64,000 bases of DNA from Callorhinchus milii (lineage: Eukaryota): the NCBI RefSeq assembly GCF_018977255.1, contig NW_024704742.1:132186001-132250000 (forward strand). Direction: 5' to 3'. Shown piece after piece: positions 34,640 through 46,792 of the stretch. Within the stretch, counting starts at the first letter, position 1. Each line of letters starts with the position of its first letter. Below the pieces are notes generated by a model, which worked only from the letters and a program-made list of their open reading frames with translations, did no database searches and was not told the origin of the DNA. A program made the position numbers and the translations under genes.

Positions 34640-36736
34640 CATAATGTATGAGTAACGAAGGTATCAAATTCACCCAGCAGCTTTCAAACCATGTCTCTTG
34701 GGAAGCCTTCAAGGAGGAGATAGTTCGGGGATAGAACAAATACATTCCCACAAATGGGAAAGGTAGGGCATCCAAACCACCTGGATGAATAAGGAAATTG
34801 GGATTAAAATAAAACAGAAAAAGGAGGCTCATGATAAATGTCAGGTCCAAAATACATAAGATAATCAAATAGAATATAGAAAGTGCAGAGGAGAACTGAA
34901 AGAGGAAATAAGAGGGGCAAAGAGATTGTATCAGAAAAGAATAGCGGGTAACATAAAAGGGAACCCGAAGGCATTTTATAAGCATATAAAGAATAAAAGG
35001 TTAGTCAAAGATAAAGTGGGTCCAATTAGGGACCAAAAAGGAAATCTTCTTGTGGTGGCATTGGATATGGCTGACATATTGAATGAGTACTTTGCATCTG
35101 TCATCACAAAAGAAGAGTATGCAGCCAATGCTACAGTGTCGGAGGAGAGGGTAGAGAAATTGGATAAGATAAGAATAAACCGAGAGGAGGTACTAAAAGG
35201 GTTGTTGGTGCTCAAGGTAGATAAGTCACCCGGTCTGGACAGGATGCATCCTAGATTACTGAGGGAAATAAGGGTAGAAATAGTCTCTTTGGACACCGGG
35301 GTGGTGCTAGAGGACTGGAGGTTTGTAAATGTTACGCCCCTGTACAAAAAGGGGCAGAAGGATAAACCTAGAAACTGTAGGCCAGTCAGCCTAACATCAG
35401 TAGTGGGGAAACTTCTAGAGACTATCATCCGGGACAAAATTAATTTTCACTTAGAAAAATATGGATTAATAAAGGACACCAACACGGATTTGTTAAAGAA
35501 ACATCATGTCTAACAAACCTGATAGTTTTTTGATGACATAACAGGGAGGGAGGATGAAGGTACTGCAGTTGATTATAGTAGTTTATATGAGTTTTCAAAA
35601 GGCGTTTGATAAAGTGCCACATAAGAGACTCTATGCAAAATAGAAGCCCATGATATTAAAGGAACAGTGGCAGCATGGATACAGAACTGGCTGGGAGACA
35701 GAAGCAGAGAGTGGTGGTGAACGGTTGTTTTTCTGACTGGAGGGAAGTGTGCAGTGGTGTATCCCAGGGGTCAGTATTGGGACCACTGCTGTTTTTGATC
35801 TATATAAATGACCTGGACTTGGGTATAGGGAGTACAATTTCCAAGTTTGCAGATCATACTAAGCTAGGAAAAGTAGTAAACAGTGAGGAGGATAGTAGCA
35901 GACTTCAAATGGACATAGACAGACTGGTAAACTGGGCAGACAAGTGGCAGATGAAGTTTAATGTGGAGAAATGCGAAATGATGCATTTTGAGAGGAAGAA
36001 TGAGGAGAGGCAATATCAGCTGATGGTACAATCTTAAAGGGCGTGAAGGAACAGAGAGACCTGGGGGTTCATACAGGTAAATCTTTGAAGGTGACAGGAC
36101 AGGTAGAAAAGCAATTAAAAAGCATACAGGATACTAGGTTTTATAGATAGGGGCATTGAATTAAAACACTGGTTAGGCCTCAGCTAGAGTATTGTGTTCA
36201 GTTCTGGGCACTTTAGGAAGGATGTCAAGGCATTGGAGAGGTTACGAAGGAGATTTACCAGGATGGTACCAGGAATGAGGGACTTCAGTTATCATGAGAG
36301 CCTAGAGAAGCTAGGATTATTCTCCTTGGAGCAGAGAAGGTTAAGAGGAGACTTATTAGGAGTTTTCAATATTATGAGGGGATTTTATAGGGTGAACAAG
36401 CAGAAATTATTTCCACTGGCGGGTGGATCGGTAACCCGAGGACACCGATTTAAAATAGTTGTTAAAAGAAACAGAGAGGAGGTGAGGAGAATTTTTTTCA
36501 CACAGCGAGTTGTTCAGATCTAGAATGCATTGCCTGAAAAGGTGGTGGAAGCAGATTCGATAACAACTTTTAAGAGAGAAGTAAATAATTATTGGCGAGG
36601 ACAAGTTTGCAGGGCTTGGGGAGAGAGAGTGGGGGAATGGGCTTGAATTGGATAGCTCTTTTCAAAGAGCCGCCAAAGACATAATGGGTCAAATGGTCTC
36701 CTTCTGTGCTGTATAATTCTACGATTCTATGATTCT
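34640..36736 (+). mobile_element. CR1 LINE, about 2.1 kb, 5'-truncated, frameshifted ORF2 with complete 3' end
   Basis: ORFs 34926..35513 (KSPGLDRMHPRLLRE, RPVSLTSVVGKLLE), 35675..36037 ([25 protein letters not shown]) and 36194..36523; (ATTCTATG)n end. Confidence 0.96.
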
Positions 36737-36779
36737 TTACATGATCTCCCCCTCCACCTTCAGAAATAGAGTAGATTTA

Positions 36780-37510
36780 GCTCAATAATGCAGAATGAAA
36801 TGTGCACATCATTTCTTAATTTTATCCTTTTATATTAAAAAAAACCACCGTTACCTATTTAACCTTAGTGCCTGAATCCTGCTGCAGAAGTGGAGCTCTC
36901 AATACCTTAATAATCCTTTCTGGAATGTAATAAACTCCAGGACAAAAAGGTTAATTCACACGACAGGGCTAGGAATCCACTATTCATTCTTTTGTGTGAT
37001 CTCCAGTGTGGTGTGGAAAAAAAATTAGTCTGTATCCCAGTCGAGTTAGTGAAGAAAGAGAGAGAGAGAAAGAAGAGAGAGTGAGAGAGAGAGAGCAGGG
37101 AAAGGAAAAAAAAACATACAATCAACTACGTACGACCCTGAGGATTGGAAAATGTCACTGGCTTAGTGTATAGCACTTTATCTGCCTTCTCGTCCTCTTG
37201 TAACGCATGGATTCTGGCTGTTATTCCGCTATGATTTTTCCTCAATTTCCATGCTTAATGAGGCTCGGCCAAGTTAATAATGGATGTAATAAGTAAGTGA
37301 TGAGTCATTGTTGGGCACCCGCACACTTGAAAGAGTGTCTGTGTCGGAGACGAAGGCAGGGCTCCCACACTATCTGTTCTGCCCTGTCAGACGCTGCTGC
37401 ATAGTGCCAGTCATCAATAAAAGGCAAGATGACTGATGAGTTCATTTAATGGAATTCCTTCGTGTGAACAGAAGCCTTTTGAATCCATTCACTGCTCGGA
37501 CTTTTATTTT
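36780..37510. promoter_or_regulatory. Candidate enhancer / CNE
   Basis: Repeat-free apart from (GA)n; TGAGTCA, CATTGT, CATCAATAAAA and TTTAATGG motifs. Confidence 0.35.
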
Positions 37511-37849
37511 TCCTCTCTAGGAGTTTGAAAAGGATGGCAATGTTAGCGGCGAGCTCTGTGCCCACCACCTCCTGCTTCAAGTCTCAAGGCGTAACCCCTT
37601 TGACCACTCTTTCGGTCACCTTTCCTCTGCTTGGCCCCTTCCGTTCAGGTGCCCAGCCAACGGTGTCAAACGCTTTGAGACGTCCTCCCAACATGAGAGG
37701 TTCTATCTAAATGTAAATTGTATTGCAATTACATTGCATATACAATGCTTTCAAATCCGTCCACTCTGTCATCAAACCTGCTGCTTCGGGAGGCAACCGA
37801 ATAGGTCACGGGGCCTGACCTTGTTCTATTATTATAATAACTAATAGTA

Positions 37850-38238
37850 ATAAATAAAAATAATAATCCTTGCATTTGATATTTCACCTCAGCACAATGT
37901 CGAAAGTGCATATTTGTAGATGACCACGGAAGCCAATTTGCACACAGCAACTTGCCACTAATAGTCATCAAGAGAATGATCTTTTTTTTATCCGCGGGGA
38001 TTGTTGGCCAGGACACCAGGAGAAGCTGCCTTCTCTTTTCGAATATTGCCATGGGATCTTTAACGTTCATCTAAAAGAGCAGACAGTATCTCGGTTTAAA
38101 GTTATCCCTTGTAACCTGCATTCCCCCAGCACTGCATTGTAGTAGTGTCAGTGCAAGAGCTCACAATCCTGACATGGGGCTTGAACCCACAGACTTCTGA
38201 CTCACAGTGAAGAAACCAACCAACTAAGCCCAGCTGAC
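37850..38238 (-). mobile_element. Deu-domain SINE (left arm of an inverted pair)
   Basis: Tail at left; rc gatgaacgttaaagatcccatggcaatattcg; head at right. Confidence 0.85.
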
Positions 38239-38291
38239 AACTGAAATCCAGCTGAAGTCAAGTACTTACAGTCCCCAAGTCACAGGCCACA

Positions 38292-38678
38292 GGCTCTCCC
38301 GCCTCTGAATCAGAAGATTGTGGATTGAAGCCTCCACATTGATACTTGGAATTATATAGTCTAAGATGAAACTCCAATGCAGTGCTGGGGATGTGCTGCA
38401 TTGTCAGAGATGCCATATTTCGGATGATTAAGACTAAGGTCGTGACTGCCTATTCAGATGGATGTTAAAGATCCTATGGTACTATTTCAAAAGAGAAGGG
38501 AGTTTCTCTGAGTATCCTGGCCAACAGTCCCCTAAATAAAACTGATCACTCACTTCTTGACTGTTTGTGCACAAATACACAGTCAATCCACTTTACCGTA
38601 TATCCTGTAAAGTGCTTCGAGGCACCTCAAAGATGTGATAAGGTGCTATGTCAAATGTATTGATTATTATTATAATAA
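38292..38678 (+). mobile_element. Deu-domain SINE (right arm of an inverted pair)
   Basis: gcctctgaatcagaagattgtgg...gatggatgttaaagatcctatggtactattt...tail. Confidence 0.85.
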
Positions 38679-39280
38679 TACAAAAAATAAACACTTATAA
38701 CCATTTACATTTACATTTGAAGTAGTGCATTTGGCATCAGGAACAAATCTCAAAGTGCTTCACAGGATATACTGTAAAGTGTAGTGACTGTATTTTTGTA
38801 GAGAAACGCAGCCACCAATTTGCACACCAAAAAAAGACATGTAACAAAATAATGGAAATAGAACAAATTAATCATGCCAGTAAGTGGATCTTTAGAACAA
38901 TTCTCTTTTCTTTAAAAGTAAATTAAACTAATTATTGAGAATGTAAGAACATAACATAAGAACATAAGAAATGCTTGACCTTCCTAGCAGTCGCATGTAC
39001 ATATGTCCCAAACTACCCATGTACTATATCCCATAATGTTATTTCCTAAAAGAACACTATTTAATCTGTGTTTGAAAGAATCAACACTTCCTGCTTCAAC
39101 CGTCTCCCTAAGGAGCCTGTTCCATAGGTTCACTATTCGCTCACTTGAAATAGTGTTTGGGTAGATTTGTTCTAAATTTACCCGCCTTCAATTGCAGGCT
39201 ATGTCTTCTGGTTTTATTTTTCTAGACAAGTTGAAGCAGCCTATCATGATCTATACTGTCTTGCTCCTTTAGAATCTTAA

Positions 39281-39441
39281 TCAAAACTGAGACTGATAGA
39301 TTCTTGAAAAATAGAGGGATTAGGGGATATGGGGATAGGGCAGGTAATCAGAGTTAGGTGAGAAGATCAGCCATGATCTTATTGAATGGCGGAGCAGGCA
39401 CGAAGGGCCGAATGGCCTACTCCTGCTCCTAATTCTTATGT
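39281..39441 (+). mobile_element. Short CR1 3' end nested antisense in another CR1
   Basis: ggccgaatggcctactcctgctcctaattcttatgt; TSD-like TCTTAA on both sides. Confidence 0.88.
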
Positions 39442-40186
39442 TCTTAAAGACAGCAATCACATCACCTCTCAATCTTCTCTTTTCCAGCGTGAACATGCTC
39501 AATTTACTTAGTCGGTCATAATCCAGTCCTTCCATTCCGTCAATCATTTTGGTTGCCCTCCTCTGTATCTTCTCGATTTCTCCAGTATCCTTTTTGTACT
39601 GCGGCGAAGAGAACTGCATACAGTACTCCAAGTATGGTCTCACCAATGATTTATACAGTGCAGGATTACCCCACTATTTCGGCTTGCTGTTGATCTTTTG
39701 ATACATCCCAACATCTAGTTTGCCTTACTCACTGCCGCAAAGCATTGTTGGGAGAGCTTCAATTTATTGTCAATCGGAACCCCCAGGTCCTTTTCATTTT
39801 CCATACATATTATTTTGCTTCCAATCAAATAATAGTCCCTGCCAGGACTGTTTTGTCCCCATGTGAAGTGCTTCACATTTCTCCACATTGACTTTCATCT
39901 GCCACTGATCTGCCCAATTCCCAAGAATATCCAAATCCTCCTGCAACCTAGCTTGTTCAGCTTTGCAATCTACTACCTTCATTAGATTAGTGTCATCTGC
40001 AAATTTAGCCACTGTGTTTGTGAATCCTAGTTCCAAATCATTTATAAAAAATTAAACAAAAGAGGTCCCAGAACAGACCTTTTGGAACTCCATTGGAGTT
40101 CCCAGTCTGATGACATTCCCTGAACCACCACCATCTGGTCAACCAATAATAATATATTGTGTATCCATTGTAATATACCTTCACTT

Positions 40187-40499
40187 GGAGTCCTGTAGCT
40201 CAGTGGTTAGAGCACTCGCTTTGCAAGTGAGAGACCTGAGTTCAATCCCAGGCAGAGGGCGAAACCTTGGGCAAGTTTCCTTACTCCACACAGAGCCTAA
40301 TAATAATCCCTCCCAAACCAAAAACAATAATAAATTGGTCATTTTCAATCTACGACTGTTTGTGGGACATTGCTGTGGCAATTGGCTGCCGCGTTCGCCC
40401 ACAAATATACAGTCAATTCACTTTACAGTGAAGCGCTTTGGGACGTCCTCCCGATGTGAAAGGCGCTCTATAAATGGAATCTTGTTGTTGTTGTTGTTG
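40187..40499 (+). mobile_element. Young short-subfamily SINE with L2-type (GTT)n tail
   Basis: Standard head and body, but it ends aggcgctctataaatggaatcttgttgttgttg. Confidence 0.95.
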
Positions 40500-40876
40500 C
40501 CCCCTCTTACCTCTCTGACCTGCTGACTCCCTACCAACCTGTCCGCTCCCTCCGATCATCGTGCTCCAGCCTACTCCATGTCTCCCGCCAGACCCGCCCT
40601 ACCATTGGTGGCCGGGCTTTCAGCCTCTCTGCCCTCACATTCTGGAATTCCATCCCACGGTCCCTTCACCTCGCTTCCTTCCTTACCTCCTTCAAGGCCG
40701 GTCTCAAGACCCTTCTCTTTGACTGTGCCTTTGGTCTCCCTTCCTCCTCTCTGCCTTCACTCACCCCTAGACCACCCTTCCCCATGCTCAGGCCCCAACA
40801 CCTGACTGTTCAGCACTTTGGGATGACCTTCCGACATGAAAGGCGCTCTATAAAGGTAATTTTGTTGTTATTGTTG
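40500..40876 (+). mobile_element. L2 3' fragment
   Basis: RPALPLVAGL-type off-frame of [13 protein letters not shown]; tail gcgctctataaaggtaattttgttgttattgttg. Confidence 0.9.
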
Positions 40877-41713
40877 TCTTTTCTTTGCCATTCTGATGCC
40901 TTTTTTGCAGTCCTGACATGCCTTCTGGTATTGCATCTGACTTATTTCTGTGCCATTTTCCTTCATGGCCTTAAATGCTTTTTTTTTCCTTTTTATGATT
41001 TGCTTTGTAGCCCCGTCTAACTAGGCAGAAGTGCCTTTAAGCTTGGTACCTTTACTTTGCGTGAGCACATAGTAATCCATTGCCTTCATAATTACCTCCT
41101 TGAAGGAATTCCATAGGTCCTCCACTCCCATTGCCATATTTAAGCTTGCCAGGTCCACTCCGACGAGACTTCACAAGTGCACAAAGTCAGACCTCTTGAA
41201 ATTTGGCAGTTTTCTTTGGGTTTTTAGAACCTCATCAACTCTTGTGATGTCAAACGTGACAGCATTGTGATCACTGTTGATTAATGCTTCTCCTACCTTT
41301 TGTTGGAGATTTGGTCATCCATGTTGCTCATTATCAAATCCAAGATGTTATCTCCCCTTGTTGGCTCTTTTGCAAACTGAGTCATAAAAAGAGTCTTCCT
41401 TTAACTCGAGAAACCTCTTCCCTATTTTACCAGTAGACATATTATTATCCCAATCAATTTCAGGTAAGTTAAAATCTCCAACTGCTATGGCTGGTCTCTT
41501 ACTAATGGCCTTCCTTATCTCATTCCTTACCTTGGAGGTCTATAACAGATCCCCAGTAATAGCTTACCTCTGTTACCATCTTTCAATTCTACCCAAAGTG
41601 ATTCTGTGTCTGCCTTTTCCTTTTTTATATCCTCTCTCACTTGTGTCTCAATAATGGAGCTTATATATAGTGCCACACCAACTCCTCTTCTCCCGATACA
41701 GTCCCTCCTAAAC

Positions 41714-42004
41714 AGGTGAGACATGAACCAAGGTTCCGTCTGCCTGTTCAGGTGAATGTTAACGATCCCATGGCCCTATTCAAAAATAGAAAGAAGTTTC
41801 TCCCGGTGTCCTGGCCATCAAATCCCCCACCCCCGCCCACCCAGGTAAAATTGGTCATTGAATTAATTTACAGCCATTTGTGGGACTTAGGCCTACAAAG
41901 TACACAGTCACTACACTTTACAAGAATATCATATGAAGCTCTTTGAGACATTCTCCCGATGTGAAATGTGCTATATCATATTCTTCTTCATCAGATTATT
42001 ATTA
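41714..42004 (+). mobile_element. Deu-domain SINE 3' part
   Basis: ccgtctgcctgttcaggtgaatgttaacgatcccatggccctattc. Confidence 0.82.
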
Positions 42005-42612
42005 GGAATAATCATTTTAATATTTGCATTTGATATCGCGCCTTATCATGTTGTTGAGACATATCAGTAGTAGTGGTATTAAATGTCTTCATTAAAAAAT
42101 CCGAATAAGGCTCTTTCTAGCAATCTTGTAACAGGAAATAGCTCACACATAACATTCTGACTTAAGGACAGTGGCGTTCCGATGAGCTGCCGTCAGAACC
42201 ATTACTGAGAAAACTGTTAAGAGATCCTATAAAACTCGTCCCCAATGTATTGAATAAAAATGGGCTATAAAAATAATGGAAGAAATTGTTGTTGGACTTT
42301 ACACTTCAAATTGTCCTGTATAAAATTTGTTGCAAATAAGCATGTGATTCTGCAACAGAAACACTTCTCACTTAATTGCAGAGACTGTAAAGGGCATGTC
42401 CTATGTAAAGTGTTAAAATTAAACTTTTTTTTAAATAAACATAGATTAAACACTTCGGATAACACATAGTAACTAATATTTTGGAATAAAAGTTCCCTGC
42501 AGACTGGACATTAAAAAAAACAGAATGACAAATGCTGGAAAGTAAGAATTTTTTTCACAGATGGAAGATATGATGATTCTCTCATATTTTCGGTCAGTCA
42601 ATATCTTACTCT

Positions 42613-42668
42613 TGAGAGAGAGCGGGAGAGAGAGAGAGCGAGAGAGAGAGAGAGAGAGAAAGACAGAG
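42613..42668. repeat. (GA)n microsatellite
   Basis: Direct reading. Confidence 0.93.
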
Positions 42669-43946
42669 AAATTGCGCTAGTGATTCCGATAAAATAAAGC
42701 CCTGGGGTTTTCTGAATGATCACGACTGGTTTTCTGAGAAATTGTCATTATTGCTACTATAGACAAAGCAAAGGTTTATCTTGGCCACTCGTTTGCTTAT
42801 TCTGACTCTTTGACAAATGACTTGATGGTGCTGAAGTCAATATAGCGATTTATTCCTACACCCTTAACATTTTCATTCAACTGTTGTTAATACAAGTATT
42901 CCCAGGAGTCAAATTAACCCTTTTTCCTGGCAGAAGGGGGTGGTGAGAATGAGAAGATCACTGCCGGGAGCTGCGGTTGAAGCAGATAGCATCAACATAT
43001 TTAAAAATAGTAATAATAATCCTTGCATTTGATATTAAAACAACAAATTGCATTTATATAGCTTCACACGGGGTAACATCCCAGAGCGCTTATCATGTCT
43101 TCAAGACATTTCAAAGCGCTTCACAGAATCTACTATGAAGTGAATTGACTGTATATTTTGTGGGAAAAATGCAGCAGCCAATCGCGCACAGCAGTGTCCC
43201 ACAAACAGTCGGGGATTGAGTGACCAAATTATCATTATCTATTTATCTATTTATCTATTTATGCGGAGACTCAATGTATACATGAGGGAGAAGGGAATAG
43301 AGCGACACAAATAGGATTATATGTATATATGGGTTACAAGATATAACTCTTTGACCGCGCTTTAGGTTATCTTTCCTCCACTAGCCTCGGCTCTCACCCC
43401 CAGCTCGGAGGCTCAGCCAGCATGGTCAAATACTTTGAGATATTTTCCAGATGTGAAAGAAACTGTATAAATTAGATTGCGCAAATTGGGTGGTGCATTC
43501 AAGCACAAATGCCTAGTCACTACATCTTACAGCAAATTCCTTTGAGGAGTTATGATGATACGATAAGGTGCTATATCAAATGCAACGATTATTATTAGAT
43601 ACAAAATAGCAGCACATTTTTGGGGGAAAAACAGGAATTTTTAACATCCTCATCCTTTCATATTTTAGTTCAATTTATTTCACCAAAAACTGTGGATAAG
43701 TTTAAACCTTGAATATATCCCTGTCAACTCAGGATTAAACCAAGATTAAAAGAGCTTGTCTGAATGTCAAGACTTAATAACCCTTATCATGAGTAATCTT
43801 CATCAGCATCCACAGGGAAGTCTGTAAATCCAGGTAAGCCGAGGTGAAAGAAAATCATAAAATCATAGAATTTTACAGCACAGATAAAGCTTATTCGGCC
43901 CATTATGATTCACTATTTTTCTTCACATGAACCATCTAGTCTAAAC

Positions 43947-44337
43947 TGGATTCCTGTAGCTCAGTGGTCAGAGCACTCGCCTCGCAATCAAGCCGACCCA
44001 GGTTTGATTCCCGGGTAGGGCGAAACCTTAGGCAAATTCCCTTACTCCACACTCCTCTGTTTCCCTAGCAGTAAGTAGGAACCTAGTTGTTAGGCAATTG
44101 ATGGATCGTTTTTCTAGGGCTAATAATAATCCCTTCAAAATAAAGTAAAAAATATAATGCTAATAATTTGGTCACGCATTCCATAAGTGTTGTGGGACAC
44201 TTCATTTCACAGCTGTCACTTTTTGCCCACAAAATACACAGTCAATTCACTTTACAGTGTATTCTGTGAAGAACTTTGAGAAGTCTCGAAGACGTGATAA
44301 GGCGCTATAACCAATGCAAGGATTATTATTATTATTA
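43947..44337 (+). mobile_element. Full-length tRNA-Ala SINE, long subfamily
   Basis: ggattcctgtagctcagtggtcagagcactcgcctcgcaa...core...(ATT)n. Confidence 0.92.
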
Positions 44338-44824
44338 AACAGACATTTCCATGTGTTAGATGGCAAGCTTGGAACTCGCAGTTTGGTTTGTATGAGGATG
44401 TTTTTCTGCTGTTTTAACACCCAGTTGACCCCGCAAATAAATAGTCTAATCCCATTCTCCTGCTTGCTCGCTCAACACCCACAAAATTCAATCGCACCAT
44501 TTTACATTGTATCTAGGAAACGCTTTGAGACATCTCGATGATGTGATAAGGCGCTATATCAAAATTCAATTCAATATTTTTATTTTTCAAGAATTGTCTC
44601 CAATTCCCTTTTTTGAGAGAATTCTTGAGCTCTGCTTCAGAAGATCACAAGATCGGTCTGGATAAAGAAGACCCTACAGCCCATCTGATATCATCCCTCC
44701 AGGACACCCACCCACCCTACCAGCTCCCCATCACAGCATCAAGCTGCTCTTAAAATGTAATCCAGTGTCCTGGCAACCACCAGCCTTCCTGACAACTTGT
44801 TCCAGTCATTATCCTCTGAGTAAA

Positions 44825-46250
44825 CAACAACAACAACAACAAGATTCCATTTATAAAGCGCCTTTCACGTCAGGAGGACGTCCCAAGGCGCTGCACAGTT
44901 GGGTCATGACCCGAGCAGGGGGGAAATGGTCAGGGTGAGGGAAGGGAGGGAGCGAGGAGGGGGAAATGGTCAGGGTGAGGGGAGGGAAGGGAGGGAGCGA
45001 GGAGGGGGAAGAGAGTCGAGAGGGGAGCTGAAGGCACGGTCAAAGAGAAAGGTTTTGAGACCGGCCTTGAAGGAGGAAAGGGAGGAAGCAAGGCGAAGGC
45101 ACTGGGGGATGGAGTTCCAGAGCCTCGGGGCTGAGAGGCTGAAGGCCCGACCACCGATGGTAGGGCGGTTGGGGCGGGGGACGTGGAGCAGACCAGAGCC
45201 AGAGGAACGGAGGGTACGGGCAGGTAGGTAGGGGGATAGTAGGTTGGAGAGGTAGGAGGGAGCAAGGCCGTGAATGGCCTTGTAGGTGAGGATGAGGATC
45301 TTGAAATCAATCCTCTGGGGGATGGGGAGCCAGTGGAGGCGAGCGAGGGTGGGAGTGATGTGGTCCCGAAGCCTGGTGCGGGACAGTACACGAGCTGCAG
45401 AGTTCTGAATGACCTGCAGCTTGTGGAGGGAGGTGGCGGGAAGGCCGGCGAGGAGAGAGTTCCCATAGTCCAGCCTTGAGGTGACAAAGGCGTGGACCAG
45501 GGTTTCAGCAGCGTGAGGGGTGAGGTAGTGCCGTAGTCTGGCGATGTTCCGAAGGTGATGGAAGGCGGTGCCAGTTGTAGTGCGGATGTGAGGGAGAAAG
45601 GACAGCTCAGGGTCGAACAAAACGCCGAGGTTCCTGACTGGCTTTGAGAGGTGGAGAGTGCAGCCTTGGATGCTGATGGTGTCAGCGCCTGAGGTGCGGA
45701 GGCGCTGACGTGAGCCAATCAGGAGGGCCTCGGTTTTTCGCACGTTGAGCTGAAGAAAGTTGTCTCTCGTCCAGGACTCGATGTCGGACAGGCAGGCTGT
45801 CAGGACATCGGTGGTCGTGGAGTTGAGAGTAGAGGAGGAAAGGTAGAGTTGGGTGTCATCCGCATACATGTGGAAGTTAACTCCATGTCTGCGGATGATG
45901 TCACCGAGGGGGAGCATATAGAGGGTGAAGAGGAGGGGACCGAGGACAGAGCCCTGAGGGACACCACATGAGACAGTACGGGGGGTGGAGGAGAAGCCAT
46001 TCGTTGAGACAAAGTGAAGACGGTGAGAAAGGTACGACCTAAACCATTCAAGGACAGTGCCTTGAAGGTTGAGGTGGGAGGACAAGCGGTGGAGTAGGAT
46101 AGCGTGGTCAACCGTATCGAATGCTGCCGATAGGTCGAGGAGGACGAGGAGACAGAGGGAGCCCTGGTCACAGATGGTCAGGATATCATTGGTGACCTTG
46201 ACCAGGGCAGTTTCTGTGCTATGGGCAGCACGGAAACCTGACTGAAGGGG
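44825..46250 (-). mobile_element. Young 5'-truncated L2 LINE, 1.43 kb, inserted in an old CR1 3' fragment
   Basis: Intact frame, CpG-rich, (GTT)n tail. TSD GTAAA at 44820-44824 and 46250-46254. Confidence 0.97.
44970..46250 (-). pseudogene. L2 ORF2 RT domain and C-terminus; 426 uninterrupted codons, no N-terminus or endonuclease
   Basis: The frame extends 55 codons upstream of the listed [25 protein letters not shown]...[13 protein letters not shown]...[10 protein letters not shown]...YADDTQLY... Confidence 0.93.
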
Positions 46251-46792
46251 TAAAGTAAAACTTCATGGTGTCTGTCCTGAAATTGCTCTTTAGAACTCTA
46301 AACCTTGAGAAGTCCTCTGGCCATGAAAGGTGCTAAATCAAATGGAAGGGTTTTATTTCATTGTTTGTTGAGCGTCAGACCCACTGCTCACCCTGGTAAC
46401 CTTCCGAGCTACACATGCAATGTCCCCAAATGACAATAGCAGGAGGGAAACAGCTCCCAGTTTGCCTGCAGTTTGTGAAAGAGTTAATCAACACAGAACT
46501 GGTACTTTTGTTGTGAGACTGTTCCACATACCTATTCTGTGAGAAACATTTCTAACCTTTACTCTCGCTTGAGACTAGTTAATTTTAAAGCCTTGTCCAT
46601 TACTGAGATCTCGTTTCTCTATAGAATAAATCCAGGTAATTCTAACCAGCTGTGCTGTTGAGTACATAATTAATATATTAGAGAATGTAATGTCATTGTT
46701 TTTCTCTCTCTCCTCTCTCTATTCTGCTTGCACCATCTTCTGTTGTGAGAGAAATCACAGTTTCTTAACTACAATATTAGCAACTTCAGCTG

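Larger units (their letters stand above)
38944..41716 (-). mobile_element. CR1 LINE remnants: endonuclease region about 40880-41716, RT/C-terminus about 38944-40147, interrupted by nested inserts
   Basis: LFRRD...RRGVGVALYI...ESLWVEL...GICYRPP (APE endonuclease); KFADDTNL; VRPYLEYCMQF; terminal (TTCTTATG)n. It is not certain that both parts belong to one insertion. Confidence 0.85.

Noticed and set aside
44930..45718. 262-aa Ser/Pro-rich ORF
   Set aside because: Alternative frame of the GC-rich L2 ORF2.
44970..46085. 371-aa ORF as a host gene, or a retron/group II-type RT system
   Set aside because: It is L2 ORF2 with a 3' tail and TSD, 5'-truncated inside the RT. There are no associated genes or ncRNA.
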